Shown here one piece after another: positions 10,155 through 19,277 of a DNA stretch of 32,000 bases; the first letter of the stretch is position 1, and every line of letters starts with the position of its first letter. This DNA is from Vibrio vulnificus CMCP6. Lineage in GTDB: Bacteria; Pseudomonadota; Gammaproteobacteria; Enterobacterales; Vibrionaceae. The stretch covers positions 60,001 through 92,000 of the forward strand of contig NC_004460.2 in assembly GCF_000039765.1 (NCBI RefSeq). The letters run 5' to 3'. The notes under the pieces were generated by a model. That model was not told the DNA's origin and did no database searches. It was given only the letters and a program-made list of their open reading frames with translations. The position numbers and the translations under genes were made by a program.

Positions 10155-10703
10155 ATGGATTTTAAAGTAGCGAATTATTGCGATTTTGAACGGATTTCCC
10201 AACTTCACGCAAACAGCCTCAAGTCACACTATGGCGGTATCTTGAGTGAGCAGTACCTGACTCACGAGGTCTCAGCCGAGAAACTGCTGTTATGGCAAAC
10301 TCGATTAACAAACCCTCCCTTTAGTCAGCACATCGTTTTGGCCGAAGAAGGAGGGCTGTTGCTGGGCTTTATTTGTGCTTTCGGTAACCATGACTTTGAG
10401 CTGGGTACCTTCATTGATTCACTCTACGTCGATGACGCGTTTCAAAACCGAGGAATTGGCAGCAAGTTATTAAAAGAAATCGCGCAGTGGCAGCAACATT
10501 ACTTTAGTGATCGTGGCCTTTATTTACAGGTGAGTGAATCCAACACCGAGGCGATTGAGTTTTACCTGCATATTGGCGGCAGGGTGGCTGAGAGTCGTCA
10601 GCGCGAAGATCTGTCAGGGGAAATCGTGGTAGAAAAGGTGATGACTTGGCAAAACGCGCAAGCACTATTGGATGGGCTTGAACTGGCACTCGTTCACGGT
10701 TGA
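10155..10703 (+). CDS. GNAT-family N-acetyltransferase
   Basis: MDFKVANYCDFERISQLHANSLKSHYGG...FIDSLYVDDAFQNRGIGSKLLKEIAQW (acetyl-CoA motif QNRGIGSKLL). The ORF track extends to 10056, but ATG at 10155 fits the domain start better. Confidence 0.88.
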   Translation: MDFKVANYCDFERISQLHANSLKSHYGGILSEQYLTHEVSAEKLLLWQTRLTNPPFSQHIVLAEEGGLLLGFICAFGNHDFELGTFIDSLYVDDAFQNRGIGSKLLKEIAQWQQHYFSDRGLYLQVSESNTEAIEFYLHIGGRVAESRQREDLSGEIVVEKVMTWQNAQALLDGLELALVHG

Positions 10704-10738
10704 AGCCAGCCAGTAAAATGTTGCATTTTTCAGTTCAG

Positions 10739-10768
10739 TAAAAAAGGGATGCCGTTGGGGCATCCCTT
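10739..10768 (-). terminator. Rho-independent terminator for the ylqF-like gene
   Basis: aagggatgcc-gttgg-ggcatccctt with A-run on the + strand side (T-tract on the - strand). Confidence 0.8.
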
Positions 10769-10795
10769 CCGTTTATTAACACTTATTAACGCTCA

Positions 10796-11740
10796 TTAAC
10801 GTTTGTTACGTAGGTAACGTTTACGACGCTCTTCTTTGTTCTTTGCCTTTTCTTCCGCACGGCGCGCAGCTTCGAGTTCCACTTCCACCAATTCTTCCGT
10901 GATCATCTCTGGGCGTTCTAGGGTAATTTGTCCTAGCGTGCCGCTACGAAGCTCATGCAGCAGGATTTCACTGGCCTTGTGGAGATCAACACGACCACCA
11001 GAACGCAATGCCCCACGGCGTTGGCCAATCTCTTCCATCAATTCAACATCGGTTTCTGGCAGTTCTTCGATCTGATAGCGCTCTTTCAACTTCTCAGGGT
11101 AGTGCTTTGCGAGGTACTCGACGGTGTAAAACGCCACTTCGTCATATTCCATCGCCGTATCTTTCACTGCGCCTGTAGCGGCTAAACGAAAACCACTATG
11201 AGGGTTTTCCACTTTTGGCCAAAGAATCCCAGGGGTATCTGATAACACAATGCCATTTTGCAGGTTGATGCGCTGTTGGCGGCGAGTCACCGCTGGTTGG
11301 TTACCCGTTTGTGCAATCGCACGGCCGGCCAAAGTGTTGATGATGGTGGATTTCCCCACGTTTGGGATGCCCATGATCATGGTACGAATGTTTTTGCCGA
11401 CTTCTTCACGATGAGGAGCTAGCTTACGGCATAGCTCAAGAATTTTATGCACTTCTTGAGTCTGTGACGTGGTGATCGCCATCGCTTTTACATTCTGTTC
11501 TTTTTCAAGATGTTCAATCCAAAGTTCTGTTAGCTCAGGATCGGCTAAATCGCGCTTGTTCAGTACTTTAACGACGGGTTTTTCACCGCGGATTTTAGAA
11601 ATAAGAGGGTTTTCGCTACTAAAAGGAATACGTGCATCTAGCACTTCAATAATGACATCTATCTGCGGAATCGCTTCTGCAATCTCTTTTTGGGCTTTAT
11701 GCATGTGGCCCGGAAACCATTGAATTGAATTGTTAACCAT
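10796..11740 (-). CDS. ylqF: Ribosome biogenesis GTPase YlqF/RbgA (circularly permuted)
   Basis: MVNNSIQWFPGHMHKAQKEI...; motifs VLNKRDLAD (G4) before MGIPNVGKST (G1) and DTPGILWPK (G3), the permuted order. Start assigned to ATG at 11740. Confidence 0.93.
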   Translation of the reverse strand: MVNNSIQWFPGHMHKAQKEIAEAIPQIDVIIEVLDARIPFSSENPLISKIRGEKPVVKVLNKRDLADPELTELWIEHLEKEQNVKAMAITTSQTQEVHKILELCRKLAPHREEVGKNIRTMIMGIPNVGKSTIINTLAGRAIAQTGNQPAVTRRQQRINLQNGIVLSDTPGILWPKVENPHSGFRLAATGAVKDTAMEYDEVAFYTVEYLAKHYPEKLKERYQIEELPETDVELMEEIGQRRGALRSGGRVDLHKASEILLHELRSGTLGQITLERPEMITEELVEVELEAARRAEEKAKNKEERRKRYLRNKR

Positions 11741-11932
11741 TTGAATAAATTGCCCTTTGTGTTTCTTTGTCTGTCTGAAAACATACCGCATTTGGCTAAA
11801 AAGCTGTGATAGCAACTTCAGCTAGGGTGTGTACAGACGGCTTTGGCGCGATCTTATCACTTCCAACCTCCGATGGCGAAGATAAGATTCCTTATTCACA
11901 ACAAGCCCATCTCTCGGTATCACGACCCAAAT

Positions 11933-11972
11933 AAAAACGCACCACGGGGTTTGGCTGCCCGTTGTGCGTTTT
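11933..11972 (-). terminator. Rho-independent terminator for the chemoreceptor gene
   Basis: aaaacgcac...acggg-gtttggctg-cccgt...gtgcgtttt stem; T-tract on - strand. Confidence 0.75.
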
Positions 11973-12000
11973 ATTACTTATCGTCTATAGGTTGAACACA

Positions 12001-13560
12001 TCAAATGCGTCTAAATTGAGAAACCAGCTTACCTTGGCTATCTAGGGATTTCACCAACGCGTTACATTGGTGACAGGTGTCACTTGAGAGCACGTTGGTG
12101 GCCGAGCAAGCATCACTGATGGATTGCACGCTAGAGCTCATGTCTTCCGTGACTCGAGCCATCTCTTCAACTGCTGTAGCAATTTGGTTGTTTCGGTCAG
12201 AAATGTCCGTTACTTGGTCGAGAAGTATTTGCAGTTTTTGCCCAGAGGAGTCGGCTGAAGAGACACATTGTTCAGCCAAGTGCGTCCCTTCACTCATGGA
12301 GGAGACCGCTTTCTGCGTGCTGCTTTGGATCAATCCAATCACTTTCTGGATTTCTTCGGTAGATTCATGGCTGCGCTGCGCAAGCTTTCTCACTTCGTCG
12401 GCGACGACTGCAAAGCCTCGCCCTTGTTCACCAGCTCGAGCGGCTTCGATGGCCGCATTCAAGGCGAGTAGGTTGGTTTGCTCAGCCACACCCTGAATGA
12501 TGATCAGCACATCACCAATGGTTTTGCCGTGTTGCGCGAGTTGGCTCACCACGTCTGAAGTTTCATCCAATTGTCCTGCCAGTAGTTTTATCGCCTTGAC
12601 AGTGTCTTGCACGGTGATCATCCCTTCACTCGCGGCGGAGTGAGCTTGATCTGTCGCATCAGAGGCACTTTGCGCGTTTTGCGCGATCTCATTGGCGGTG
12701 GAGTGCATTTCGGTAATGGCAGCAGCCACTTGTTCTGTCTCGTGGGTTTGACCTTTGAGGTTGTGCGAAGCTTTGTCGCTGTTTGAAGATGAATTTCTTG
12801 CAGAGTCAATTAGTTGTTGATTGGAGTCCTGAATGCGTCCCACCACCGCATTGAGCTCAGACTGGCGCATCTTAAGTGCCAATTTTATCTCGGAAATATC
12901 GTCTACTTTCTTGTTGTATACCAGTTCCATCAATGGGTTATCGAACACTTTACGCGCTTCTGCTGAAAGCGATTCTAATCGACGGGTGGAGCTGTAGCTG
13001 ATCGCCACAGACAGTAAGAGAAGTGACCAAATACCTAAGCCGGGAAGCGCGGTATTGAACGCCAAGCTTAAGAGAGTCGCGCCAAAAAACAGTATTGATT
13101 GCCTTTGCCATAGTCGAGTGCGAGGAAGCTTGAGTTGAATAGGCGTCTTGCCAGCACGAATTTGTGCGTATAGCCGAGTCGCATTTTCGACATTTTCTCG
13201 GCTTGGACACAACCGAACAGATTGATATTCGACAACTTTGCCAGAGCTGTCCTTAATGGGTGAGGCAAACGCATCAACCCAATAATGGTCGCCATTTTTA
13301 CAACGGTTTTTGACCATTCCCATCCAAGATTTACCCGCTTTCAAATGTTCCCATAAATCTTTAAACGCTTCGGGTGGCATGTCAGGGTGTCGCACGATGT
13401 TGTGTGGCTGCCCCATCAACTCCTCTAACGTATAACCAGCGACATCACAAAACTCTTTGCTCGCATACGTGATATGACTGGAAGGAGAGGTAACAGAGAG
13501 AAGGTTGTAGTGAGGAGGGTAAGTCACCTCTTTCTGCGTCACGGGTTGATTGATTCGCAT
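12001..13560 (-). CDS. PAS-domain methyl-accepting chemotaxis protein (Aer-like)
   Basis: 519 aa; N-terminal PAS ([32 protein letters not shown]...), central hydrophobic segment, C-terminal MCP signalling hairpin ([45 protein letters not shown]). Confidence 0.94.
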   Translation of the reverse strand: MRINQPVTQKEVTYPPHYNLLSVTSPSSHITYASKEFCDVAGYTLEELMGQPHNIVRHPDMPPEAFKDLWEHLKAGKSWMGMVKNRCKNGDHYWVDAFASPIKDSSGKVVEYQSVRLCPSRENVENATRLYAQIRAGKTPIQLKLPRTRLWQRQSILFFGATLLSLAFNTALPGLGIWSLLLLSVAISYSSTRRLESLSAEARKVFDNPLMELVYNKKVDDISEIKLALKMRQSELNAVVGRIQDSNQQLIDSARNSSSNSDKASHNLKGQTHETEQVAAAITEMHSTANEIAQNAQSASDATDQAHSAASEGMITVQDTVKAIKLLAGQLDETSDVVSQLAQHGKTIGDVLIIIQGVAEQTNLLALNAAIEAARAGEQGRGFAVVADEVRKLAQRSHESTEEIQKVIGLIQSSTQKAVSSMSEGTHLAEQCVSSADSSGQKLQILLDQVTDISDRNNQIATAVEEMARVTEDMSSSVQSISDACSATNVLSSDTCHQCNALVKSLDSQGKLVSQFRRI

Positions 13561-13627
13561 AAATTGCCTCTTGATTCATATCCCTGAATGAAAAAATAAG
13601 CCACGACTTTTACTTTAGCTTTAACTT

Positions 13628-13646
13628 AAATAACAATCATTATTAT
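13628..13646. promoter_or_regulatory. Possible Fur-box-like sequence upstream of rsbR
   Basis: AT-rich aaataacaatcattattat in the divergent aer-like/rsbR intergenic region; roughly 13 of 19 matches to GATAATGATAATCATTATC by eye. Confidence 0.3.
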
Positions 13647-13766
13647 TGCTCTTTTATAAGGTTTAGTTCAGTTTGGAAAAAGTACAAACCTTCATATTAC
13701 CCATTGCTTTTATTGGCATTGGTCTATTATTGAAAAATACTGCATACAAAAGGTGGAGAAGCCGAT

Positions 13767-14687
13767 ATGTCACTGGGAAGTGTATTAAATAAAGTCGAAG
13801 ATGCAGATGAACTTCTGAAACTTCATGATCTTACTGAAGCGGATTTAGCGCTGATTCGTAAATTTGGTCAAATAATGGTGCCCAAACTCGATGAGTACGT
13901 TAAGCACTTTTACGATTGGCTCAGAAACACCCCTGAATATGAGCAGTATTTCGGTGATGCGCAAAAGCTACAACGAGTTCAAGATTCGCAAGTTCGCTAC
14001 TGGAAGACCTTCTTTGATGCCAGGATAGATTCGGCCTACCTCAAGGAAAGACGGGATGTTGGAGAGATTCATGCCCGTGTCGGCTTACCATTGCCAACTT
14101 ATTTTGCCGGTATGAACATCTCGATGGTGATATTTACCAAAAGAATGTACGACGGCAGTTTATACAGTGACGAATACAGCTCATTGGTGACGGCATTTAC
14201 CAAATTGTTGCATTTGGATACCACTATAGTAGTAGATACCTATTCGCGTTTAATTAATAAACGCATTTCTGAACAGAGCGAAGCGTTATTAGCGATGTCG
14301 ACACCGGTGACGATGATTTGGCAGGATATTTTGATGTTGCCAATCGTCGGCATTATCGATTCAAAACGCGCTCAAGATATTATGTCCGCAGTACTTAATA
14401 AGATTTCGGAGAATAGAGCCAAAATTTTTATTATGGATATTTCTGGTGTTGCGGTCGTCGATACGGCGGTAGCCAACCACTTTATTAAAATCACGAAAGC
14501 AACAAAATTAATGGGTTGCGATTGTCTGGTCTCGGGCGTTTCGCCTTCTATCGCGCGTACTATGGTCCAACTGGGCATCAATGTTGGTGAGGTTCGTACC
14601 AATGCCACCTTGCGAGATGCGCTCGAAAATGCATTCAAAATTGTTGGGCTGACCGTGAGCGGTTTGAAACACTTTCCTCATGAGTAG
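13767..14687 (+). CDS. rsbR: RsbR-type stressosome sensor: N-terminal globin-coupled sensor domain plus C-terminal STAS domain
   Basis: 306 aa; globin-like N terminus (LIRKFGQIMVPKLDEYVKHFYDWL...VRYWKTFFDARIDSAYLKERRDVGEIHARVGLPLPTYFAGM) with candidate proximal His; STAS MLPIVGIIDSKRAQDIMSAVLNKI...DISGVAVVDTAVANHFI. Confidence 0.93.
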   Translation: MSLGSVLNKVEDADELLKLHDLTEADLALIRKFGQIMVPKLDEYVKHFYDWLRNTPEYEQYFGDAQKLQRVQDSQVRYWKTFFDARIDSAYLKERRDVGEIHARVGLPLPTYFAGMNISMVIFTKRMYDGSLYSDEYSSLVTAFTKLLHLDTTIVVDTYSRLINKRISEQSEALLAMSTPVTMIWQDILMLPIVGIIDSKRAQDIMSAVLNKISENRAKIFIMDISGVAVVDTAVANHFIKITKATKLMGCDCLVSGVSPSIARTMVQLGINVGEVRTNATLRDALENAFKIVGLTVSGLKHFPHE

Positions 14688-14689
14688 TG

Positions 14690-15043
14690 ATGACGATGCA
14701 AAGTGCAATTTCGATTTCCAAACTACAAGATGTGTTGATCGCGTCTGTTCAAGTTGATCTCACCGAAAGTACGCTGAGAGATTTCAGCCTTGATCTTTTA
14801 GATGCGGTGAAATCGACCAGAGCAAAAGGGGTCATGATAGAGCTATCGGGAGTAAAAACGCTGGATGGAGAAAGTATGCACCGCCTACTCGATGTCGTGA
14901 AAACCGTTGAAGTGATGGGGCGTCGCTGCTTACTCGTTGGACTTCGACCGGGGGTTGTGATTGGCCTTATGGACATCGGTATTGATCTTGCCTCAACTCT
15001 GTGTGTCGCCGATTTAGAGCAGGGGTTTCTTTATTTGGAATGA
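14690..15043 (+). CDS. rsbS: RsbS-type STAS-domain stressosome scaffold protein
   Basis: About 117 aa STAS protein; follows rsbR stop directly (overlap if the GTG at 14687 is used); GVMIELSGVKTLDGESMHRLLDVVKTVEVMGRRCLLVGLRPGVVIGLMDIGID. Confidence 0.9.
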   Translation: MTMQSAISISKLQDVLIASVQVDLTESTLRDFSLDLLDAVKSTRAKGVMIELSGVKTLDGESMHRLLDVVKTVEVMGRRCLLVGLRPGVVIGLMDIGIDLASTLCVADLEQGFLYLE

Positions 15044-15068
15044 TGATGGCTAGTTATGGAAACGCAAT

Positions 15069-15479
15069 ATGGTAGAAGTGGTCAGAAGCCTACAAACCTA
15101 TTACATCGCATCAGAAACCGACGTGATGAGTGCGGTAATGGGATGTTACAACGTAGCGCGTGAATTGGGCTTTGACGAAGGCCGAGTCAGTGAAATCTCC
15201 ACCTCGGTATCAGAGTTAGCAATGAACGTGGTGAAGTACGCAGAGTTTGGTCGGGTAGAGCTTTCCGAATTGACAAACGGCAAGGCAATTGGCTTGAGAA
15301 TGACCGTACGAGATAAAGGGCCGGGGATCCACAACATTGAAGATGCGCTCAGTGATCACTACAGCACAGGGCACTCATTAGGGCTTGGTTTGCCAGGAGT
15401 GAAACGCATGATGGATAGCTTTGAATTGACAACTGAGTTAGAGAAAGGCACCACGATTGTTGCTGAGAAGTGGGTGTGA
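15069..15479 (+). CDS. rsbT: RsbT-type serine/threonine (switch) kinase, HATPase fold
   Basis: 136 aa; ELAMNVVKYAEFGRV (N box), VRDKGPGI, STGHSLGLGLPGVKRMMD, GTTIVAEKW; typical anti-sigma/RsbT HATPase. Confidence 0.93.
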   Translation: MVEVVRSLQTYYIASETDVMSAVMGCYNVARELGFDEGRVSEISTSVSELAMNVVKYAEFGRVELSELTNGKAIGLRMTVRDKGPGIHNIEDALSDHYSTGHSLGLGLPGVKRMMDSFELTTELEKGTTIVAEKWV

Positions 15480-15481
15480 CG

Positions 15482-16066
15482 ATGGGATTTGACTTTGTTA
15501 CTGTCAATGATCCTTGCAGCGGCGAATATGTCTCTGGCGATGGGGCTGTCATTCACGAATTTGAGCATGGGCTCTTGGTTGTCATTATTGATGTTCTAGG
15601 CCATGGTGAAAAAGCAGCGAAAACCGCAAGGGCAATGGAGTCATACATCAAAGAGCTCTGCTCCAGTGACATCGTGTGGTTGATGGAAAAAGTGCACGAA
15701 CATTTTTTAACTTCTCAAGGTGCGGCAATGACAATGGTTTACTTCGATCGGTTAACGCACCAGCTCAAAGGGGTCGCGATTGGCAACACCTTGTTACGCC
15801 GTTGCGGAGAAGAGTGGCAATCGTATCACGCACAACCAGGAGTGGTCGGAGAATTGTTGCCAACACTAAAACCATTTCACGATGTCTTTAAAGATGGTGA
15901 TACGTTTCTCTTTACCACCGATGGCATTAAGGAAAACATCGATCCAGAATCCTGCCGAAGCTTTCAATACCATTCCCTTGGTTCGTTTACGCATTTCTTA
16001 ACCACCAATTTTGGTAAGTCCTACGATGATTCAACGGTAATTGCAGTTAGGTACTACTATGACTGA
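15482..16066 (+). CDS. rsbX: RsbX-type PP2C-like phosphatase
   Basis: 194 aa; DVLGHGEKAAKTA, FTTDGIKE and YDDSTVIAVRY motifs of the SpoIIE/RsbX PP2C family; start ATG at 15482 (track extends to 15470). Confidence 0.9.
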   Translation: MGFDFVTVNDPCSGEYVSGDGAVIHEFEHGLLVVIIDVLGHGEKAAKTARAMESYIKELCSSDIVWLMEKVHEHFLTSQGAAMTMVYFDRLTHQLKGVAIGNTLLRRCGEEWQSYHAQPGVVGELLPTLKPFHDVFKDGDTFLFTTDGIKENIDPESCRSFQYHSLGSFTHFLTTNFGKSYDDSTVIAVRYYYD

Positions 16067-19000
16067 ATCGATCTCTTTAACCTTGACCAACAATGAAAGT
16101 AGCCGTTTTTTGATTCGTCAGCGATTACTATCCATCCTGCAAGCCTTTGGCTATGATGCCTGTCGGTGTGACATTCATATGTTACGTCTCGGTGAGTTTG
16201 TGCGTATTACGCTCGCAGATATTCAACGTTTTACTTTGAGCTTTGAGCTAGATGACGACAGCTTGAAAGTCATTCTTGCCAGCTCAGAGCTCGATCCGCA
16301 AACTTGCTCATTCCCTGCTTGTGTTCATACATTTCAACGTGAGAAGGCCATCGGCGTCTCTATTCCCTCATTAATTCCACTGTCTGATGAGATCCTAAAC
16401 CAACTGACACAGTTTTTGGCGAAGCCGAGCCGCGATGAGTTGATGTCGGAATTGAAAGCGAAAAACCAAGAATTAGCTGTGCATCAAGCCGGGCTAGAGA
16501 AAGAAATTGAGCTGCGTACCGCAGACCTTAAAGCCAGCGAAGAGCTGTCGCGCACGATTATTGATGGCGCACCGTCAAGCGTCGCTATTGTCGATGAATC
16601 CCTGTCTATTTCACTGTGGAACAGTACCGCGCAAAATGTTTATGGTTACAGCAGCGAAGAGGCGACAGGAGAGAACATTTTAACGTTGCTCAATATGAGT
16701 TTGCCTGATGCACTTTCGCATGTGCTTTCTGCCCCTTTGGCATTGCAAAATCAGCCTGATGTTGAGGGCGGGTTCTTCGAAGTGGAAACGACAACGAAAG
16801 AAGGGCACATGGTGCCGATCGATTTGGGGGTCTCCATCTTTGAGCTCAATGGGGCGTGCCATGCGGCACTGTTTCTGCGCGATGTCACCTCTAGAAAGGC
16901 GGTGGAAAAAGAACTCAATGACGCCAAAGCGAAAGCGGAAGAGGCGGTTGAAGTGAAATCGATGTTCTTGGCCAACATGAGCCATGAAATACGTACACCG
17001 ATGAACGCCATCATCGGAATGTCGCACTTAGCGTTAAAAACCGATCTTACCCCCAAGCAGCATGATTATGTCTCCAAAATTCACAGTTCAGCGACGCTCT
17101 TACTTGGCATCATCAATGACATTCTCGACTTCAGTAAAATTGAAGCGGGTAAGTTAAGCATCGAAACAACGGAATTCTATCTCGACGACGTGTTTCATAA
17201 CGTTTCGATGGTGACAGGACAGAAAGCATTTGAGAAAGGGTTAGAACTGATCTTTGACTTACCACGGGAGACGCCTCGATGTTTGCTCGGCGATCCGCTG
17301 CGTTTGGGGCAAATCATCATCAACTTAGTCAACAACTCGGTTAAGTTTACCGAGAAAGGTGAAATCACAGTCTCTGTACATCACATTAGAAATGTTGAAG
17401 ATTTGGTGGAACTTGAATTTCGTATTTCGGATACCGGCATCGGTATGACGGACAAACAGATGAAAAGCCTCTTTACTGCCTTTACTCAAGCCGATGGCAG
17501 TACCACGCGAAAATATGGTGGGACGGGCTTAGGCCTCTCAATTTGCCGCCGACTAGTCGAGTTAATGGGCGGGCAAATTCGAGTCGAAAGTGAAGCGGGC
17601 AAAGGCAGCCATTTCATTTTCAATGTGCTGGTGAAAGCCGATCCAGCCAACAGCTCGGCACCAAGCATTGTGCCTCAGTCTCTGGAAAAAATACGCATTC
17701 TTGTGGTGGATGATAACGAGCATGCACTTGAAATTATGCAAGAGATGCTCAGTACTTTGCCCGGCAAAGTGGCGCTTGCCAACTCAGGTCAACAAGCGGT
17801 GGATTGCATACGGAAAGCATCGGAACAGCGTGAAAAGTTTGATTTGATTTTTATGGATTGGAACATGCCAGAAATGGACGGCATAGAAACCAGCCGTTTG
17901 ATTCGAGAATCCTTCGCCAGCGAGTATCAACCGCAAATCGTTATTGTGACGGCCTATGACAAAGAAGACGTACTGGACGCAACCAATGATCTCGATATCG
18001 CGGGTTTTCTCTCTAAGCCGGTGGGGCAATCTTACCTTTTTGATCTGCTGGTTGAGTTGTTTGGTCGTGATAGAAATCCAACCACGCAGATTCGTAAGAA
18101 AGAGCTTCCCACTCATGACAGCAAAAATGATCTCAAAGGGCTGAAAGTCCTGCTCACGGAAGACAATGAAATCAATCAACAGATTGCTGTTGAGCTGATG
18201 GAAGGCAATGGTTTGCTGGTCACTGTGGCCAATAATGGCCAAGAAGCACTCGAACATTTAGAAGCCATGGAAAAAGGCGAGTCTCACTTTGATATCGTTT
18301 TCATGGACTTACAAATGCCCGTTATGGATGGTTATGAAGCTAGCCATCGAATTCGCGCTAACTCAAGTTACGATACCATTCCTCTTATCGCGATGACGGC
18401 CCATGCCATGGTAGAAGAGCGCGAACGTTGTTTAAACTTAGGGATGAATGATCATATTTCAAAACCGATTGACCCTGAGATATTGTTCAACACCATCCGG
18501 AAATGGTGTCCACGAACGCTAAACGAAAAAGATGAGTCGCCTGTCGATGTCGAACAATCGCAAACTCAACAGCTTGATTCATCCATCGAATCTGCTGCCA
18601 CGCCTAAGTCGACAGAGAGAGCGGCAGCAGAGAAGCGGACACTAGAGACGTTGGAATCACTCGATTACAAGAATGGACTACTCAGAGTAGCGGGTAATCA
18701 AACGCTTTATCGCCGGCTCTTGTCACAGCTCATGGATAAAGAGATCTCCGCACCAGAAAGGCTCACCATTGCGCTGGATAAGCAAGACACTGAGCAAGCC
18801 ATTATCATTGCTCACTCACTGAAAGGTTCGGCCTCCAATTTAGGCGCGATCCGATTGTCGGATATTGCTTCACGCTTGGAAATGGCGATACAACATGGCA
18901 AAGAAAGAGCGGAAATCGATAAGCTGAACAAGGAACTGGATGGATATCTAGAGCACTTTTTTCAGGATCTGGCGTTAGCATTAGGCAGACCCAAGCCAAG

Positions 19001-19277
19001 TAGCGATAAGCGACTGGAATTAAAAGATGAAGAGCTGATGATTATCCACACCCTAGATAGCCTGTTGGACAGTTTAGACGCTTATGCGATCGAGTTTCTT
19101 GACGAGCACTACGTGCTACTCAATACTTTACTAAAGTCTGAGGATTTTGAAGCGTGCTGCCGTTGTGTGAATGATTGTGATTTTGAGTCAGCGAGTAAAT
19201 CACTGAGAAAGGCTGTGAGCATCTATCCTTTAGATCTTGGGAAGCTTTCGGGAGAGAAAAATGGAAGGGAATCGTGA
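16059..19277 (+). CDS. Hybrid sensor histidine kinase (novel N-terminal domain, PAS, HisKA, HATPase, REC, REC, HPt)
   Basis: ~1072 aa; MSHEIRTPMNAIIGMSHLAL (H box), GTGLGLSICRRLVELMGGQI, REC1 DLIFMDWNMPEMDG, REC2 DIVFMDLQMPVMDG, HPt IIIAHSLKGSASNLGA. Overlaps rsbX by 8 nt. Confidence 0.95.
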   Translation: MTESISLTLTNNESSRFLIRQRLLSILQAFGYDACRCDIHMLRLGEFVRITLADIQRFTLSFELDDDSLKVILASSELDPQTCSFPACVHTFQREKAIGVSIPSLIPLSDEILNQLTQFLAKPSRDELMSELKAKNQELAVHQAGLEKEIELRTADLKASEELSRTIIDGAPSSVAIVDESLSISLWNSTAQNVYGYSSEEATGENILTLLNMSLPDALSHVLSAPLALQNQPDVEGGFFEVETTTKEGHMVPIDLGVSIFELNGACHAALFLRDVTSRKAVEKELNDAKAKAEEAVEVKSMFLANMSHEIRTPMNAIIGMSHLALKTDLTPKQHDYVSKIHSSATLLLGIINDILDFSKIEAGKLSIETTEFYLDDVFHNVSMVTGQKAFEKGLELIFDLPRETPRCLLGDPLRLGQIIINLVNNSVKFTEKGEITVSVHHIRNVEDLVELEFRISDTGIGMTDKQMKSLFTAFTQADGSTTRKYGGTGLGLSICRRLVELMGGQIRVESEAGKGSHFIFNVLVKADPANSSAPSIVPQSLEKIRILVVDDNEHALEIMQEMLSTLPGKVALANSGQQAVDCIRKASEQREKFDLIFMDWNMPEMDGIETSRLIRESFASEYQPQIVIVTAYDKEDVLDATNDLDIAGFLSKPVGQSYLFDLLVELFGRDRNPTTQIRKKELPTHDSKNDLKGLKVLLTEDNEINQQIAVELMEGNGLLVTVANNGQEALEHLEAMEKGESHFDIVFMDLQMPVMDGYEASHRIRANSSYDTIPLIAMTAHAMVEERERCLNLGMNDHISKPIDPEILFNTIRKWCPRTLNEKDESPVDVEQSQTQQLDSSIESAATPKSTERAAAEKRTLETLESLDYKNGLLRVAGNQTLYRRLLSQLMDKEISAPERLTIALDKQDTEQAIIIAHSLKGSASNLGAIRLSDIASRLEMAIQHGKERAEIDKLNKELDGYLEHFFQDLALALGRPKPSSDKRLELKDEELMIIHTLDSLLDSLDAYAIEFLDEHYVLLNTLLKSEDFEACCRCVNDCDFESASKSLRKAVSIYPLDLGKLSGEKNGRES

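Noticed and set aside
12077-12496. 139-aa + strand ORF antisense to the chemoreceptor
   Set aside because: Shadow ORF of the strongly supported MCP signalling domain on the - strand; low-complexity Ser/Ala composition and no recognisable domain.
17784-18257. 157-aa - strand ORF inside the hybrid histidine kinase gene
   Set aside because: Lies opposite the receiver domains of a clear gene; composition and lack of motifs indicate a spurious antisense ORF.
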